64,000 bases of DNA, from the NCBI GenBank assembly GCA_963796115.1, contig CAWCKE010000005.1, positions 444,313-508,312 of the forward strand, read 5' to 3'. The notes under the pieces are model-generated. The model worked only from the letters and a program-made list of their open reading frames with translations, was not told the DNA's origin and ran no database searches. This document shows positions 39,533-50,140 of the stretch, one piece after another. This DNA is from an uncultured Acidimicrobiia bacterium (GTDB lineage: Bacteria; Actinomycetota; Acidimicrobiia; Spongiisociales; UBA11373). The position numbers and the translations under genes are program-made. Numbering within the stretch: the stretch's first letter is position 1; each line of letters starts with the position of its first letter.

Positions 39533-40915
39533 ATGCACGTGAGATACACACTGAGACGGTTTCTCGTGCTGCTGGCGGTGCTGTCGCTGGTAGTCGTCGC
39601 CTGCGGTGACGACGAGCGCTGAAACCACCACCACGGCCCAAGAGACCACGACCACGGTCGCCGAGACCACGACCACGGCTGTGGAGACCACGACCACCGA
39701 AGCGACCACCACGACCGAGGCGCCACCGGAGCCGGTCACCATCCGCTGGTGGCACATCCAGAACAGTGACCCCGGGCTCACGATCTGGCAGGACGTTGCC
39801 GATGAGTTCATGGCCACCCATCCGTGGGTGACCATTGAGATCACCGTTCAGGAGAACGAGGCCTTCAAGTCGACGCTCCAGACCAACCTGCAGGCCGGCG
39901 ATCCGCCCGACCTGTTCCAGTCATGGGGCGGCGGCGGGCTCGCCGAGCAGGTGGACGGCCGGATTCATCCAGGACATCACCGAGGCCTCGGCCCCGTGGA
40001 TCGGGAACGTGAGCGCAGCGGGGGCAAGCCTGTTCAACCTGAACGGCGTCCAGTACGGCGTGCCGTTCGACCTGGGCGCGGTGGGCTTCTTCTATAACAC
40101 GGCCCTCTTCGCAGAGGCCGGGATCGCAGCCCCCCCCACTACCTGGGAGGAGCTGCTCACCGACGTCCAGATGCTCAAGGACGCCGGGATCACCCCGATC
40201 TCCGTTGCGGCAGGGGACAAGTGGCCCGCCATGTTCTGGTGGGCGTACCTGTCGCTGCGCATCGGTGGGCCGGGACGCCATGGCCCAGGCAGTCGCCGAC
40301 GGGTCATGGGACGCCGAGCCGTTCGTTCAGGCCGGTGTGGAACTGAAGCGCCTCATCGACATGGAGCCTTTCCAGGCCGGCTTCCTGGCGGCTCCATGGG
40401 ACGGCGCCGAGGGTTCCGCGTCCACCATGGCCAGTCGCGACGCGGCGATGCTCCTGATGGGCCAGTGGGCCCCCGGGACGATCCGCGCCAACTCCGCCGA
40501 CGGCACCGGCATCGACGACGTGATCGGGTGGTTCCCGTTCCCGGAGGTTGAGGGCGGCGCCGGGGTCATCACCGACGTGTTCGGTGGCGGCAACGGCTTC
40601 GTGGTTGGCATCAACGCCCCGCCTGAGACCATCGACTTCCTCGAGTACATCTCGAGTCTCGATGTGGCCAACCGGCACGGCGCATCCGGCGGGATGCTGC
40701 CGGTCGTGATCGGCTCCGAAGGGTCGGTCACCGATCCGATAATGGCGGGGATCGTCGCATACCTGGGTGCGGGCACCTACATGCAGCTGTACCTGGATCA
40801 GGTCACACCCCCCGATGTGGGTGCAGCGATCAACGATGCCGTGCAGACGCTCTTCGCCGGGACTGCCACCCCCGAAGAGGTAGCCGGCGCGATCGCGGCT
40901 GCGGCTCAGGGCTAG
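39533..40915 (+). CDS. ABC sugar transporter substrate-binding lipoprotein, with frame changes at approx 39605-39620, 39955 and 40270.
   Basis: The ATG follows GGGGGAGGAAGG. MHVRYTLRRFLVLLAVLSLVVVAC has a lipobox, then a Thr-rich linker, then VTIRWWHIQNSDPG..FMATHPWVTIEITVQENEAFKS..DLFQSWGGGGL / GFIQDITE..GVPFDLGAVGFFYN..WEELL..GDKWPAMFWWAYL / ..MLLMGQWAPG.. Confidence 0.85.
39621..39718 (+). repeat. Tandem ~21-nt coding repeats giving a Thr-rich linker (ETTTTAQ/ETTTTVA/ETTTTAV/ETTTTEA/TTTTEA).
   Basis: gagaccacgaccacgg units are read directly in the linker between the lipobox and the binding domain. Confidence 0.7.
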
Positions 40916-40998
40916 TAGACAGTCGACGGACCACTCGTGAGGGTGGTGGTGGGTCGCCACGGGCGACCCACCACCACCCATCGGTGGGGAGGAGACTC

Positions 40999-41934
40999 AT
41001 GACGAGTGCCCGGGTCGTGGCGCGAACCCGGCGAAGGCCGGGCCGGAGGCGATGGCCGATGATCATCGCCTTCCTGGCGCCGGCGCTCATCATCTACCTG
41101 CTGTTCGTCATCTACCCGGTCACCCAGGGCATCCGCTACAGCGGCTACGACTGGAACGGTCTCCGGCCGCTCACCGACTGGGTAGGGCTCGGGAACTTCC
41201 GGAAGATCTTCGCCGATTCCACGTTCATCGGCGCCATGAAGCACAACGCCATCATCCTTGTGCTTTCACTCACCCTCCAGCTTCCCTTCGCCCTCGCCCT
41301 GGCGGTGCTGCTCAACCAGCGACTCCGCGGCCGGGCGTTCATGCGGATGATGTTCTTCGCCCCCTACGTCGTCTCCGAGGTGGTCACCGCCGTGGTGTGG
41401 CGGCAACTCCTGCGGCCCGCGGGCTTTCTCGACCGCACACTGGAAGCCGTCGGCGGCGAGGGCCTGACCCAGGAATGGCTGGCCAATCCCAAGATCGTGC
41501 TCTACTCGGTGTTCTTCGTGGTCACCTGGAAGTACTTCGGCTTCCACATGATCATCATGCTGGCCGGGCTCCAGCAGATCCCCGCCGAGTTGCGGGAGGC
41601 GGCCGCCATCGACGGAGCCAACTGGCGCCAGACATTCCGGCACGTGACGCTGCCGCTTCTCGGGCCCACGATCCGCGTCTCGGTGTTCCTGTCGATCATC
41701 GGATCGCTGCAGTTGTTCGACCTCATCTGGGTCATGACGGGCGGAGGCCCGATCAACGCCTCCAACACGATGGCGACCTACATGATCGACTGGGGCTTCC
41801 GGAGAATGCAGATCGGGTACGCCAGCGCGGTCTCGGTGGTCGTGTTCCTCATCTCGCTGGTGGTCGCCCTGGCGTACCAGCGCTGGGTGCTGCGGCGCGA
41901 CATCGCTGGCGCTCTCACAACGATGGGAGCGTGA
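40999..41934 (+). CDS. ABC sugar transporter permease (MalF/CUT1 type).
   Basis: Intact ORF (track 40984..41934; the ATG at 40999 is the likelier start). It has 6 TM segments and the EAA loop ELREAAAIDGANWRQTFRHVTLP. Confidence 0.9.
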   Translation: MTSARVVARTRRRPGRRRWPMIIAFLAPALIIYLLFVIYPVTQGIRYSGYDWNGLRPLTDWVGLGNFRKIFADSTFIGAMKHNAIILVLSLTLQLPFALALAVLLNQRLRGRAFMRMMFFAPYVVSEVVTAVVWRQLLRPAGFLDRTLEAVGGEGLTQEWLANPKIVLYSVFFVVTWKYFGFHMIIMLAGLQQIPAELREAAAIDGANWRQTFRHVTLPLLGPTIRVSVFLSIIGSLQLFDLIWVMTGGGPINASNTMATYMIDWGFRRMQIGYASAVSVVVFLISLVVALAYQRWVLRRDIAGALTTMGA

Positions 41935-41938
41935 AGGC

Positions 41939-42818
41939 ATGACGGCACCGACCCGAACCAAGCGCAAGGCAACCACCGCCGGCTACGACGAGATCAACTC
42001 CCGGCTGACGCGTGTGCTGCTCTACCTCATCGCTTTCGCGGTGCTCGCCTTGATCATCATCCCGGTGGCATTTGCCGTGCTCGGGGGGTTCCGGAGCATG
42101 GGCCAGCTTTCGGAGAACCCGGTGAGCCTGCCCAACCCGTGGGTGTTCACCAACTACGCCGACGTGCTCACCTTGGGGACCTTCTGGCGACAGCTCGCCA
42201 ACAGCGCGGTGATCGCGCTCCTGACGACGATCGTCGTGCTCCCGGCGGCGTCCCTCGCCGCCTTTGTGCTCTCGCGCTACTCGTTCCGCGGCCGCGAGGC
42301 CATCTACACGCTGTTCACGTTCGGGCTGCTGTTCCCGGTGACGGTGGCGATCGTGCCGTTGTTCGTCGTCATTCGCCAGATCAATCTCCTCGACAATCCG
42401 CTGGGGGTGGCGCTGCCGCAGGCGGCGTTCGCCCTCCCGCTCTCGATCGTGATCATGCGCCCCTTCTTCCGCAGCATCCCGGCCGACCTGGAAGAAGCGG
42501 CCTCGATCGACGGGTGCGGCCCGTTCCGTTTCTACTGGTCGATCATGCTCCCGCTGTCGCGGCCGGTGCTCAGCACCATCGCCGTCATCGCCATCGTGAC
42601 GCAGCTGGAACGCCTTCCTGCTTCCGCTGGTGGTGCTCAACAATGCGACCAGCTGGACCCTGCCGATCGGCGTGACCAACTTCTCCAGCCAGTACACGAC
42701 CGACACGGCCCGCGTGCTGGCGTTCACCACGCTCTCGATGGTGCCGGCGCTGCTCTTCTACCTCGTGGCCGAACGCCAGATAGTGAGTGGGCTGTCCTCC
42801 GGAGCGGTCAAGGGATGA
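41939..42818 (+). CDS. ABC sugar transporter permease (MalG/CUT1 type), with a frame change near 42605.
   Basis: ..ADLEEAASIDGCGPFRFYWSIMLPLSRP (EAA loop). The C-terminus then continues in track ORF 42630..42818: WNAFLLPLVVLNNATSWTLPIG..LFYLVAERQIVSGL. Confidence 0.85.
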
Positions 42819-42882
42819 ACACGAGACCCACGGCCGGTGTCGCCCCGAGGGGTACGATCCGGCCGCATCGGATGGAGGATCG

Positions 42883-45247
42883 ATGATCAGGACCAGGGCG
42901 GGTGATCCGGCGCCGTACCGGGATCCCGCATGCACCGTCGACGAGCGTGTCGAGGACCTGCTCGGGCGGATGACCCTGTCGGAGAAGGTTGCCCAACTTG
43001 GCAGCGCCTGGGTCTTTCAACTCGTCGATGGCACCGACCTCTCCGCCGAGCGCGCCCCCAAGTTGCTGGAGCACGGCCTGGGGCATGTGACCCGGGTGTC
43101 GGGCGCCAGCAGCCTCGGGGCCCGGGATGCGGCCCGAGTCGCCAACACCATCCAGCGTTTCCTCGTGGAGGAGACGCGGCTGGGGATCCCGGCGATCATG
43201 CACGAGGAGATCTGCTCGGGTCTCACGGCTCGCCAGTCGACGGTCTTCCCCCAGGCGATCGGGGTCGCCAGCAGCTGGGATCCCGACCTCGCCGAGGCGA
43301 TCGCCGACGCGCTGCGCCTGCAGATGCGGGCCATCGGGGCCCACCAGGGCCTGTCACCGGTGCTCGACGTGTGCCGCGACCCGCGGTGGGGGCGGTTGGA
43401 GGAGACCTTCGGCGAGGATCCCTACCTCGTGGCACGCATGGGAGCCGCCTTCGTGCGCGGCCTCCAGTCCGACGATCTCTCGGGCGGGGTGATCGCCACC
43501 GCCAAGCACTTCGTCGGGTACGCCGCCTCGGAGGGCGGGATGAACTGGGCACCGGGCCACATCCCGGCGCGTGAGCTGCGCGAGGTGTACCTGCATCCCT
43601 TCGAGGCCGTGGTGCGCGCCGCCGGACTGCGGTCGGTGATGAACGGCTACCAGGAGCTCGACGGGGTGCCGTGCGCCGCCGACCGGGGCCTGCTCACCGG
43701 CATCCTCCGCGACGAGTGGGGATTCGACGGGTGCGTGGTCTCCGACTACTTCTCGGTCCGCCAGCTCGCCGAGTACCACCGGCTGGTGGCGGACGCCTCA
43801 CAAGCCGCCGTGGTGGCGATGACGGCCGGTATCGACGTCGAGCTACCCGGCACCGACTGCTACGGCGAGCCACTGCTGGCTGCCCTGGCGTCGGGCGACA
43901 TCGACGAGAAGGTCGTCGACGTCTCGCGTGCGGCGGGTGCTGCGCACCAAGTTCGAGCTCGGCATCTTCGAGCGGCCCTTCGTCGACCTCGACGCGGTGG
44001 CGGCGGTGACCGACACCCCGCAGCAGCGCGCCCTCGCCCGCCGCGTCGCCCACAAGTCCATGGTCCTGCTCCGCAACGACGGGATCCTCCCGCTGCGATC
44101 ACATCCCGGCTCGGTGGCGGTGATCGGGCCCAATGCCGACGCGGCCCGGCACCTCTTCGGGGACTACACCTTCCCGGCGCACGCCGAGTCGCTGCGGGAG
44201 ATGCGGACGGAGGACAACGTCTTCTCGATCCCGATCCCGGACGGGGCCGAGTTCGGCGACGGCATGGTGGGGGCCCCGTCCGTGCTCGAATCGTTGCGGG
44301 AGCGGCTCGGCCCCGCCGTGAGGTATGCCCGCGGCTGCGACGTGAACAGCGGCTCGACTGAGGGCTTCGCCGCGGCGGTGGCCCTCGCCGCTGAGTCGGA
44401 TGTGGCCGTGATGGTGATGGGCGACAAGTCGGGTCTCACCAACGACTGCACCAGCGGGGAGGGCCGCGACCGAGCCTCGCTCGACCTGCCGGGGGTGCAG
44501 GAGGACCTGGTGCGGGCGGTGGTCGCCACCGGCACTCCCGTGGTCCTCGTGCTGGTGGTCGGCCGCCCTGCGGGAAGCGTCTGGATTCACGAGCACTGCG
44601 CCGCCGTGCTGCTGGCGTGGCTGCCGGGCCAGGAAGGTGCCGGTGCCATCACCGACGTGCTGGTCGGCGAGATCAGTCCGGGGGGCAAGCTCCCCATCTC
44701 CTTCCCCCGTACCGTCGGGCAGGTGCCCACGTACTACGGGCACAAGATCTCGGGGGGCCGGTCGCACTGGAACGGCGACTACGTCGATTCCCCTTCGAGC
44801 CCGCTCTACCCGTTCGGGTACGGCATCGGCTATGCGACCTTCGCCCTCTCCGAGGTCGCCGTCGAGCAGGACGAGGTGACCTGGAGCGACACCGTCACGG
44901 TGCGGGCCCGCGTCACCAACACGGGCGACCGGAGCGGTGACGAGGTGGTCCAGCTCTACGTCCGCGACCCCGAGGCGGCGGTGACCCGTCCGGTGCTCGA
45001 GCTGAAGGGCTTCGCCCGCATCGGGCTGGAGCCGGGGGAGTCGAAGGTCGTCACGTTCCAGCTTCCGGTAGGCCAGGTCGGGTTCTACGACCGTGAGATG
45101 CAGTACGTCGTCGAGCCGGGCGTCGTGGAGGTCTTCGTCGGCACCTCGGCCCGCGATCTCGTACCGGCCGGCACCTTCACCGTGGCACCGGATCCCGCCG
45201 GACTCCCGGTGGTCAAGGTCTTCGACGGGTCGGTCTCGATCACCTGA
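42883..45247 (+). CDS. Glycoside hydrolase family 3 beta-glucosidase, with a frame change near 43925.
   Basis: The ATG follows GGATGGAGGA. TLSEKVAQL..RLGIPAIMHEE..SSWDPDL..RDPRWGRLEETFGEDP..AKHFVGY..GFDGCVVSDY (nucleophile Asp context) / RRVLRTKFELGIFE..AVIGPNA..GEGRDRASLDLPG..GGKLPISFP..PFGYGIGY..fibronectin-like C-terminus. Confidence 0.9.
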
Positions 45248-45350
45248 GACGGAAGGTGGCGGCTGGCTTCGGGTCTCCTGCCCGTCGATCGACCCCCTGC
45301 CATCTGTCGGTGCCGGCCGGTAGGTTTCTCTCCGAGCGCGGATCGAGATC

Positions 45351-45828
45351 ATGTCCCGCCTGCTCACCCTCGCCCTCATCGCCCGGCTGCTGGCGCCCGC
45401 CTGCCCGCCGGGCGGGTTCCCGGTGGGCGGCCCGGTCGTCCGGCCCTTCGCCCCGGTCGGCGCCTATGCCGGGCACTGGGGTATCGATCTGGCGGCCCCG
45501 GCGGGCTCCCAGGTGGCGGCGGTGGCCGGCGGGACGGTGACCTTCGCCGGCTCGGTCGCCGGCCGTTGGAGCGTCACAGTGCATCACGGAGGCGGGGTTC
45601 GCACGTCCTACTCGTACCTCTCGGCGGTGGCCGTCGCCGGGGGCACGCAGGTCCCGGAGGGGGCCATCCTCGGCACCTCCGGGGTCGACCACGGGCTCGA
45701 GGCGGTGCACCTCTCCCTGCGTGTCGGCGACACCTACGTCGATCCCCTCCGCTGGCTGGCCTGTCGGCTGGCCCCCCCGGCTGCTGCCGGGCGCCTCCTG
45801 CCGGTGTTCACGCCCTATTCTTCACCGC
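45351..45828 (+). CDS. M23/LytM-family peptidase (secreted). The 3' end is unresolved.
   Basis: MSRLLTLALIARLLAPA (signal). ..GHWGIDLAAPAGSQVAAVAGGTVTFAGSVAGRWSVTVHHGGGVRTSYSYL..HLSLRVGDTYVDPL (HxxxD ... HxH-type LytM motifs). No stop occurs in any forward frame before nadD. A 7-C run at 45772-45778 is a likely indel site. Confidence 0.65.
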
Positions 45829-46401
45829 GTGCTCCGCGGCATCCTGGGTGGCACCTTCGACCCGCCGCACCTCGCCCACCTGGTGGCCGGCGAGGCCGCC
45901 TATCGCGAGCTGGGCCTCGACGTGGTCACCTTCCTACCCGCCGGCCGTCCCTGGCAGAAGGCCGGTCTCGAGGTGAGCACCGCCGCCCACCGCTGGGCCA
46001 TGACAAGCCGGGCGGTGGAGGGGGTCGGCTACTTCGAGGCCGACGACCGCGAGGTGGGCCGGGACGGTTGGACCTACACCGCAGACACCGTGGGCACTTT
46101 CCCCGAGGCGGACGATCTGGTGTTGATCCTCGGTGCCGACGCGGCGGCCGGCCTGCCCTCGTGGCAGCGCCCCGGGGTAGTGCTGCGGCGGGCCCGGCTG
46201 GCGGTCATGGCACGGCCGGGAGTGGAGCGCGCGACAGTGGAGGCGGCCGTCGGTGAGGTGCACTGGCTCGACACCCCGTTGTTGGATATCAGCGGCACCT
46301 TGCTGCGGGCTCGTCACCGGGCGGGCCTGAGCATCCGCTTCCTGGTGCCCGGCGCGGTGCTCGACTACATAGAGTCCGCCGGCCTCTATACCAATGGCTG
46401 A
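45829..46401 (+). CDS. nadD: Nicotinate-nucleotide adenylyltransferase.
   Basis: GTG at 45829 inside track ORF 45721..46401. VLRGILGGTFDPPHLAHL (T/HxGH motif)..FLPAGRPWQK..DTPLLDISGTLLR. Confidence 0.88.
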   Translation: MLRGILGGTFDPPHLAHLVAGEAAYRELGLDVVTFLPAGRPWQKAGLEVSTAAHRWAMTSRAVEGVGYFEADDREVGRDGWTYTADTVGTFPEADDLVLILGADAAAGLPSWQRPGVVLRRARLAVMARPGVERATVEAAVGEVHWLDTPLLDISGTLLRARHRAGLSIRFLVPGAVLDYIESAGLYTNG

Positions 46402-47602
46402 AGCCGGAAGGCACCGGAGATGGTGGTGGGTGGCCGTGCCGGCGGTCCTTGCCCTGGCCGCCGCCGGCTGGTTTGCCCGCGGACCGCTGGCCGACGCCGC
46501 CGACTGGGCGGGGGCCAGGGCGGCGGACGCGGCGACGGCGATTCACGGGTGGGCCACCGAACTGCGCGACATGGCGAGCGCACTGCCCGAGGGCCCGGCC
46601 GCCGAGGCCCCGTCCACGGGTGTGTCCGGCTCGGCCTTGCTCGCGCTGGGCGATCAGCCTGGATCTTGCGCCTTCGCCCTCGCCTCGGTCTCCGCCGAGG
46701 GGGAGGTCGCGTTCACTCTGCTCCCGCAGTCCCTGCTCGGGGTGGTTCCCGGCTACGGCGAGTTCACCCTGGCGGAGGCGCTGGCCTTCGAGGACGCCGA
46801 TCTGGTGGCGCTGACCGTCACCAACGTGCTGGGGGTGCGCGTCGACCGGGTGCTCTCCCTGGCGCCGGGCTCCCTGGCGGCGGCCCTGCCGGCCCAGGTG
46901 GCGACGGACTTGCCGGTGCCGTTGTTCGTCGAGTCGGGCGACGGGATCGTGGAAGTGCTCGCCGCCGGGCCGCAATCGGTGGACCGGTACTCCGTCGAGA
47001 GGCTGCTCGTGGAGATGGGCGCCGGCAACCCCTTCGAGTGGCTGCAGCGGCAGGGGGCGGCCTGGGCCGGTGTCCTCGGCGCCGTCGCCGCCGACCCGGC
47101 AGTGGCCGATCGGCTCGCCGAGGGGATGCTCTCCGGAGGGCCCGAGGTGGCGGCTCTGCTGAAGGCGGTGGCGGCAGCCACGGATCCGCCGGTGGGCTCG
47201 CTGCCGGTGGAACAGGTGGCCACCGCCGGCGGCGCGGCGCTGGTGCTCTCCGCCGATGCGGCGGACGGGTTCGTCGCCGTCCGCCTCGGCCACCTGCTGC
47301 TCCGCCCGGGGGAGCGGCCGCGGGTGGAGGTGCTCAACGGCAATGGGCAGATCGGCGCCACCCGCCTGGTTGCCGAAGCGGTGGTCCGCCGCGGGTTCCA
47401 GGTCGTTCGCACCGAGAACGCGGACCGCTTCGACTACGCCTCGACCGTGGTGGTGGCCCAGGGGCAGGATGCCCTGGGAGCAGCCCGGGAGGTGGCCGGC
47501 GTCGTGGGGGCCGGCTCGGTGTACCTGGAGGAGGCTTCGCCCTCTGTTGTGGTGGACGTCAGTATCATCGTGGGCCTGGACATCCCGGCCGGGGAGGCGT
47601 AG
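46394..47602 (+). CDS. LytR_C-domain protein with a degenerate LCP-like N-terminal region.
   Basis: Intact 402-aa ORF with an N-terminal TM segment. The C-terminus RVEVLNGNGQIGATRLVAEAVVRRGFQVVRTENADRFDYASTVVV..VDVSIIVGLD is a LytR C-terminal-type domain. It sits between nadD and rsfS. Confidence 0.6.
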   Translation: MAEAGRHRRWWWVAVPAVLALAAAGWFARGPLADAADWAGARAADAATAIHGWATELRDMASALPEGPAAEAPSTGVSGSALLALGDQPGSCAFALASVSAEGEVAFTLLPQSLLGVVPGYGEFTLAEALAFEDADLVALTVTNVLGVRVDRVLSLAPGSLAAALPAQVATDLPVPLFVESGDGIVEVLAAGPQSVDRYSVERLLVEMGAGNPFEWLQRQGAAWAGVLGAVAADPAVADRLAEGMLSGGPEVAALLKAVAAATDPPVGSLPVEQVATAGGAALVLSADAADGFVAVRLGHLLLRPGERPRVEVLNGNGQIGATRLVAEAVVRRGFQVVRTENADRFDYASTVVVAQGQDALGAAREVAGVVGAGSVYLEEASPSVVVDVSIIVGLDIPAGEA

Positions 47603-47698
47603 GCCCTGCATCCCGATACGACGACTGCGGCGCAGACGGCGGCCGCCGCCATCGACGACAAGAAGGGCCTGCGGGTCGCGCTCCTCGATGTCTCCGCC

Positions 47699-47971
47699 TT
47701 GCTGGTGATCACCGACGTGTTCGTGATCGCGACGGGCACCTCCCGGCGCCACGTGCTCACTCTCGCCGACGCGGTAGAGGAGCGCCTCGCGCATCTGGGC
47801 CGCCGCCCTCTGCGGCGCGAAGGGTTGGAGCACGCCACGTGGGTGCTGCTCGACTACGGCGACCTGGTCGTCCACCTCTTCGACGAGCCCACTCGTCGTT
47901 TCTACGACCTCGAGCGGCTCTGGATCGACGCCCCGCGCACCGAGTTCGACCCGGCCGCCACGGGCGCCTGA
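47699..47971 (+). CDS. rsfS: Ribosome silencing factor RsfS. Coordinates follow the track ORF, but homology extends upstream to ~47606 with no canonical start codon.
   Basis: ..LLVITDVFVIATGTSRRHVLTLADAVEERL..WVLLDYGDLVVHLFDEPTRRFYDLERLW. The same frame upstream reads ..TAAQTAAAAIDDKKGLRVALLDVSA, immediately after the TAG of the preceding gene. Confidence 0.85.
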   Translation: MLVITDVFVIATGTSRRHVLTLADAVEERLAHLGRRPLRREGLEHATWVLLDYGDLVVHLFDEPTRRFYDLERLWIDAPRTEFDPAATGA

Positions 47972-48032
47972 ACCGGCTCACCACCTCGTCTGCGGTCCGA
48001 CGGGCGCCGAGAGGCGCGTCCACCCCGGCTGA

Positions 48033-48038
48033 TACAAT
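48033..48038 (+). promoter_or_regulatory. Candidate -10 box TACAAT, 12 nt upstream of tRNA-Ala.
   Basis: ctgaTACAATGCCgcc. The same TACAATGCC string occurs at 59587-59595, upstream of lepA. Confidence 0.4.
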
Positions 48039-48050
48039 GCCGCCCGCACC

Positions 48051-48123
48051 GGGGCTGTAGCTCAGCTGGCAGAGCGCTTGCATGGCATGCAAGAGGCCAG
48101 GGGTTCAAATCCCCTCAGCTCCA
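48051..48123 (+). tRNA. tRNA-Ala (anticodon GGC).
   Basis: ggggctg ta gctc agctggca gagc g cttgc atggcat gcaag aggcc agggg ttcaaat cccct cagctcc a. The G3:U70 identity pair is present. Confidence 0.9.
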
Positions 48124-48140
48124 CCGGGCCCCGTCGATCG

Positions 48141-48599
48141 ATGGGGCTTCGCCGTTCGATGAGGATCCGTCCGATCACCGCGGCCGACGCCCCGGCTGTT
48201 GCCGCTCTCAGCGGCGAGCTCGGCTACGAGACCGAGGCCGGCGACATGGCGGCCCGCCTGGCGGCGGTCCTGGCCGCGGCCGGCCACGCCGTCCTCGGAG
48301 CCGATGCCGGCGACGGCGCCCTGCTGGGCTGGGTGCACGTGTGCGCCCGCCTGCTGCTCATCGACCCCCCGTCCGCGTTCGTGGAGGGCCTGGTGGTGGC
48401 TCCGGGGGAGAGGCGTCGCGGGGTGGGGCGGGCGCTCATGGCCGCCGCCGAAGACTGGGCGCGGGACCGGGGGGCCCTCGTGATCCGGCTGCGCTCCGCG
48501 GCTACCCGTGAGGATGCTCATGCCTTCTACCGGGAGCTGGGCTACAGCCAGGGCAAGCCCGCACTGGGCTTTGAGAAGCCGCTCCCGCCGGGCGGCTGA
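48141..48599 (+). CDS. GNAT-family N-acetyltransferase.
   Basis: The internal ATG of track ORF 48078..48599 is used because the upstream part overlaps tRNA-Ala. ..IRPITAADAPAVAAL..VEGLVVAPGERRRGVGRALMAAAEDWA (acetyl-CoA-binding R/QxxGxG/A)..FYRELGY. Confidence 0.8.
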   Translation: MGLRRSMRIRPITAADAPAVAALSGELGYETEAGDMAARLAAVLAAAGHAVLGADAGDGALLGWVHVCARLLLIDPPSAFVEGLVVAPGERRRGVGRALMAAAEDWARDRGALVIRLRSAATREDAHAFYRELGYSQGKPALGFEKPLPPGG

Positions 48600-48604
48600 T
48601 TCGC

Positions 48605-50077
48605 CTAGCCCTCCGGGGGGATGCCCGCCAGGCGCCTGGCCAGCGCCTTCCTGGCCTCCAGGTCAATCAGCCGGCGGATGACCACCCGCTGCGCCTGCGG
48701 GGAACCGGCCCCGTGCAGGGACTCGGTCAGATAGCCGACGGCGTTGCGGCCGAGGGTCATGTTCTCGATCAGGCGCAGGGCTCGCAGGCGGTGCTCGGTG
48801 GGCACGTCCGGGCGTCCCCGGAGGTACTTGTCGAGAAGGGGGCCCACCTCGGGGTGGCGCCAGTCCTGCTCGGAGGGCAGGGTGACCACGTTTCCCCCGG
48901 CCAGGTCCTGCGCCAGGCGGCTCATCTCGTAGGGGAAGCGAGTGACGTTCTGCTTGCACACGTTGGCCAGGAGCACGTCGGGCTGCCAGTTGCCCGCCGT
49001 CGTCCTCTGCCCCTCGTGCGAGGCGGCGATGCCGGCGGCGTAGATCGTCTCGTTGAGCTGGGCCATCTCGACCAGCTTGTCGCGGATGTGGGAGGCGTCG
49101 GCCACCCCGTTGTGCTCGGCCACCAGGGCGGCGGCGCCGATGAGCACGTCGCCCACCCCGGCCTTGCAGACGTAGGAGCGCCGGTGGTAGGCGGTGAAGC
49201 GCTCGACCAGGTCGCCGGCGAACTCGAACTGGCCGTCGAGGAACACGTGCTCGTCGGGGACGAACACCTCGTCGAAGATCACCAGGGCTTCCTGGCCGGC
49301 GAAGCCGGCGTTGCCCACGTCCAGATCACCCTCGAGGCTGCGGGAGTCGCACGACTGGCGTCCGTACACGAAGGTGAGGCCGGGGGCGGTGACCGGGACG
49401 GCGCAGGCGATTGCGTAGTCGCGTTCGGCCTCGGCGAGGCGCTGCCCGGGCATGACCAGCAGCCAGTGCGAGTTGACCGCCCCCGTCTGGTGCGCCTTGG
49501 CCCCGCTTATGTACAGCCCTCCCTCGCCCCGCCGTACGACGTGGACGAACAGGTCCGGGTCGGCCTGCCCGGCCGGGCCCTTGCTCCGGTCACCCTTGAC
49601 GTCGGTCATCGCCCCGCCGATCACCAGGTTGAGGTGTTGCATCTCGGCCACCCACGTGAGGAAGCGCGGGTGGTACCCGGTGCCGTGGGCCGCGTCGACG
49701 TCGAAGGTGATGGAGAAGAGCGAGTTGATGGCGTCCATCCCGACGCAGCGCTGGAAGCAGGTGCCGGTGACCTGCCCGAGGCGGCGCTGCATCTTCCCCT
49801 GGGCGACGAGGTCGGCGGCGCTGCCCGCTACGTGCAGGAAGCGGTTGACCCGTTCCCCCGTCAGAGCCGACTCGGCGGTGGCCAGGTCCAGGTCCTCCGC
49901 CCCGGCGTCGTAGGTGGCGGCCATGGCGTTCACCGAGGGGCGAATCACCGGGTGGTCTACCGGTTCGGCGACGCGCTCCCCGAAGAGGTAGACGGCCAGG
50001 TGGCGGCCGCGCAGGCTCTCGATGTACTCGGCGCCGCTGGCGATGGGTTGGACGGTTGGCTCTCCGGCCGCGGTCAT
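48605..50077 (-). CDS. abfD: 4-hydroxybutyryl-CoA dehydratase/vinylacetyl-CoA isomerase family protein (AbfD/HpaB superfamily).
   Basis: Intact 490-aa ORF. TGTCFQRCVGMDA (the CxxxC cluster ligands of AbfD), GGAMTDVKGDRSK, GAKAHQTGAVNSH, YGRQSCDSR, FTAYHRRSYVCKAGVGD (His..Cys ligands), ANVCKQNVTRFPYE, SLHGAGSPQAQR. The layout closely resembles Clostridium aminobutyricum AbfD as I recall it. Confidence 0.8.
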   Translation of the reverse strand: MTAAGEPTVQPIASGAEYIESLRGRHLAVYLFGERVAEPVDHPVIRPSVNAMAATYDAGAEDLDLATAESALTGERVNRFLHVAGSAADLVAQGKMQRRLGQVTGTCFQRCVGMDAINSLFSITFDVDAAHGTGYHPRFLTWVAEMQHLNLVIGGAMTDVKGDRSKGPAGQADPDLFVHVVRRGEGGLYISGAKAHQTGAVNSHWLLVMPGQRLAEAERDYAIACAVPVTAPGLTFVYGRQSCDSRSLEGDLDVGNAGFAGQEALVIFDEVFVPDEHVFLDGQFEFAGDLVERFTAYHRRSYVCKAGVGDVLIGAAALVAEHNGVADASHIRDKLVEMAQLNETIYAAGIAASHEGQRTTAGNWQPDVLLANVCKQNVTRFPYEMSRLAQDLAGGNVVTLPSEQDWRHPEVGPLLDKYLRGRPDVPTEHRLRALRLIENMTLGRNAVGYLTESLHGAGSPQAQRVVIRRLIDLEARKALARRLAGIPPEG

Positions 50078-50140
50078 GGTTTGCCCCGGGGTCTCGGCTG
50101 GTCGATCGAGGGAAGGTTACCCGGGCTGGGGGGCGCGGCC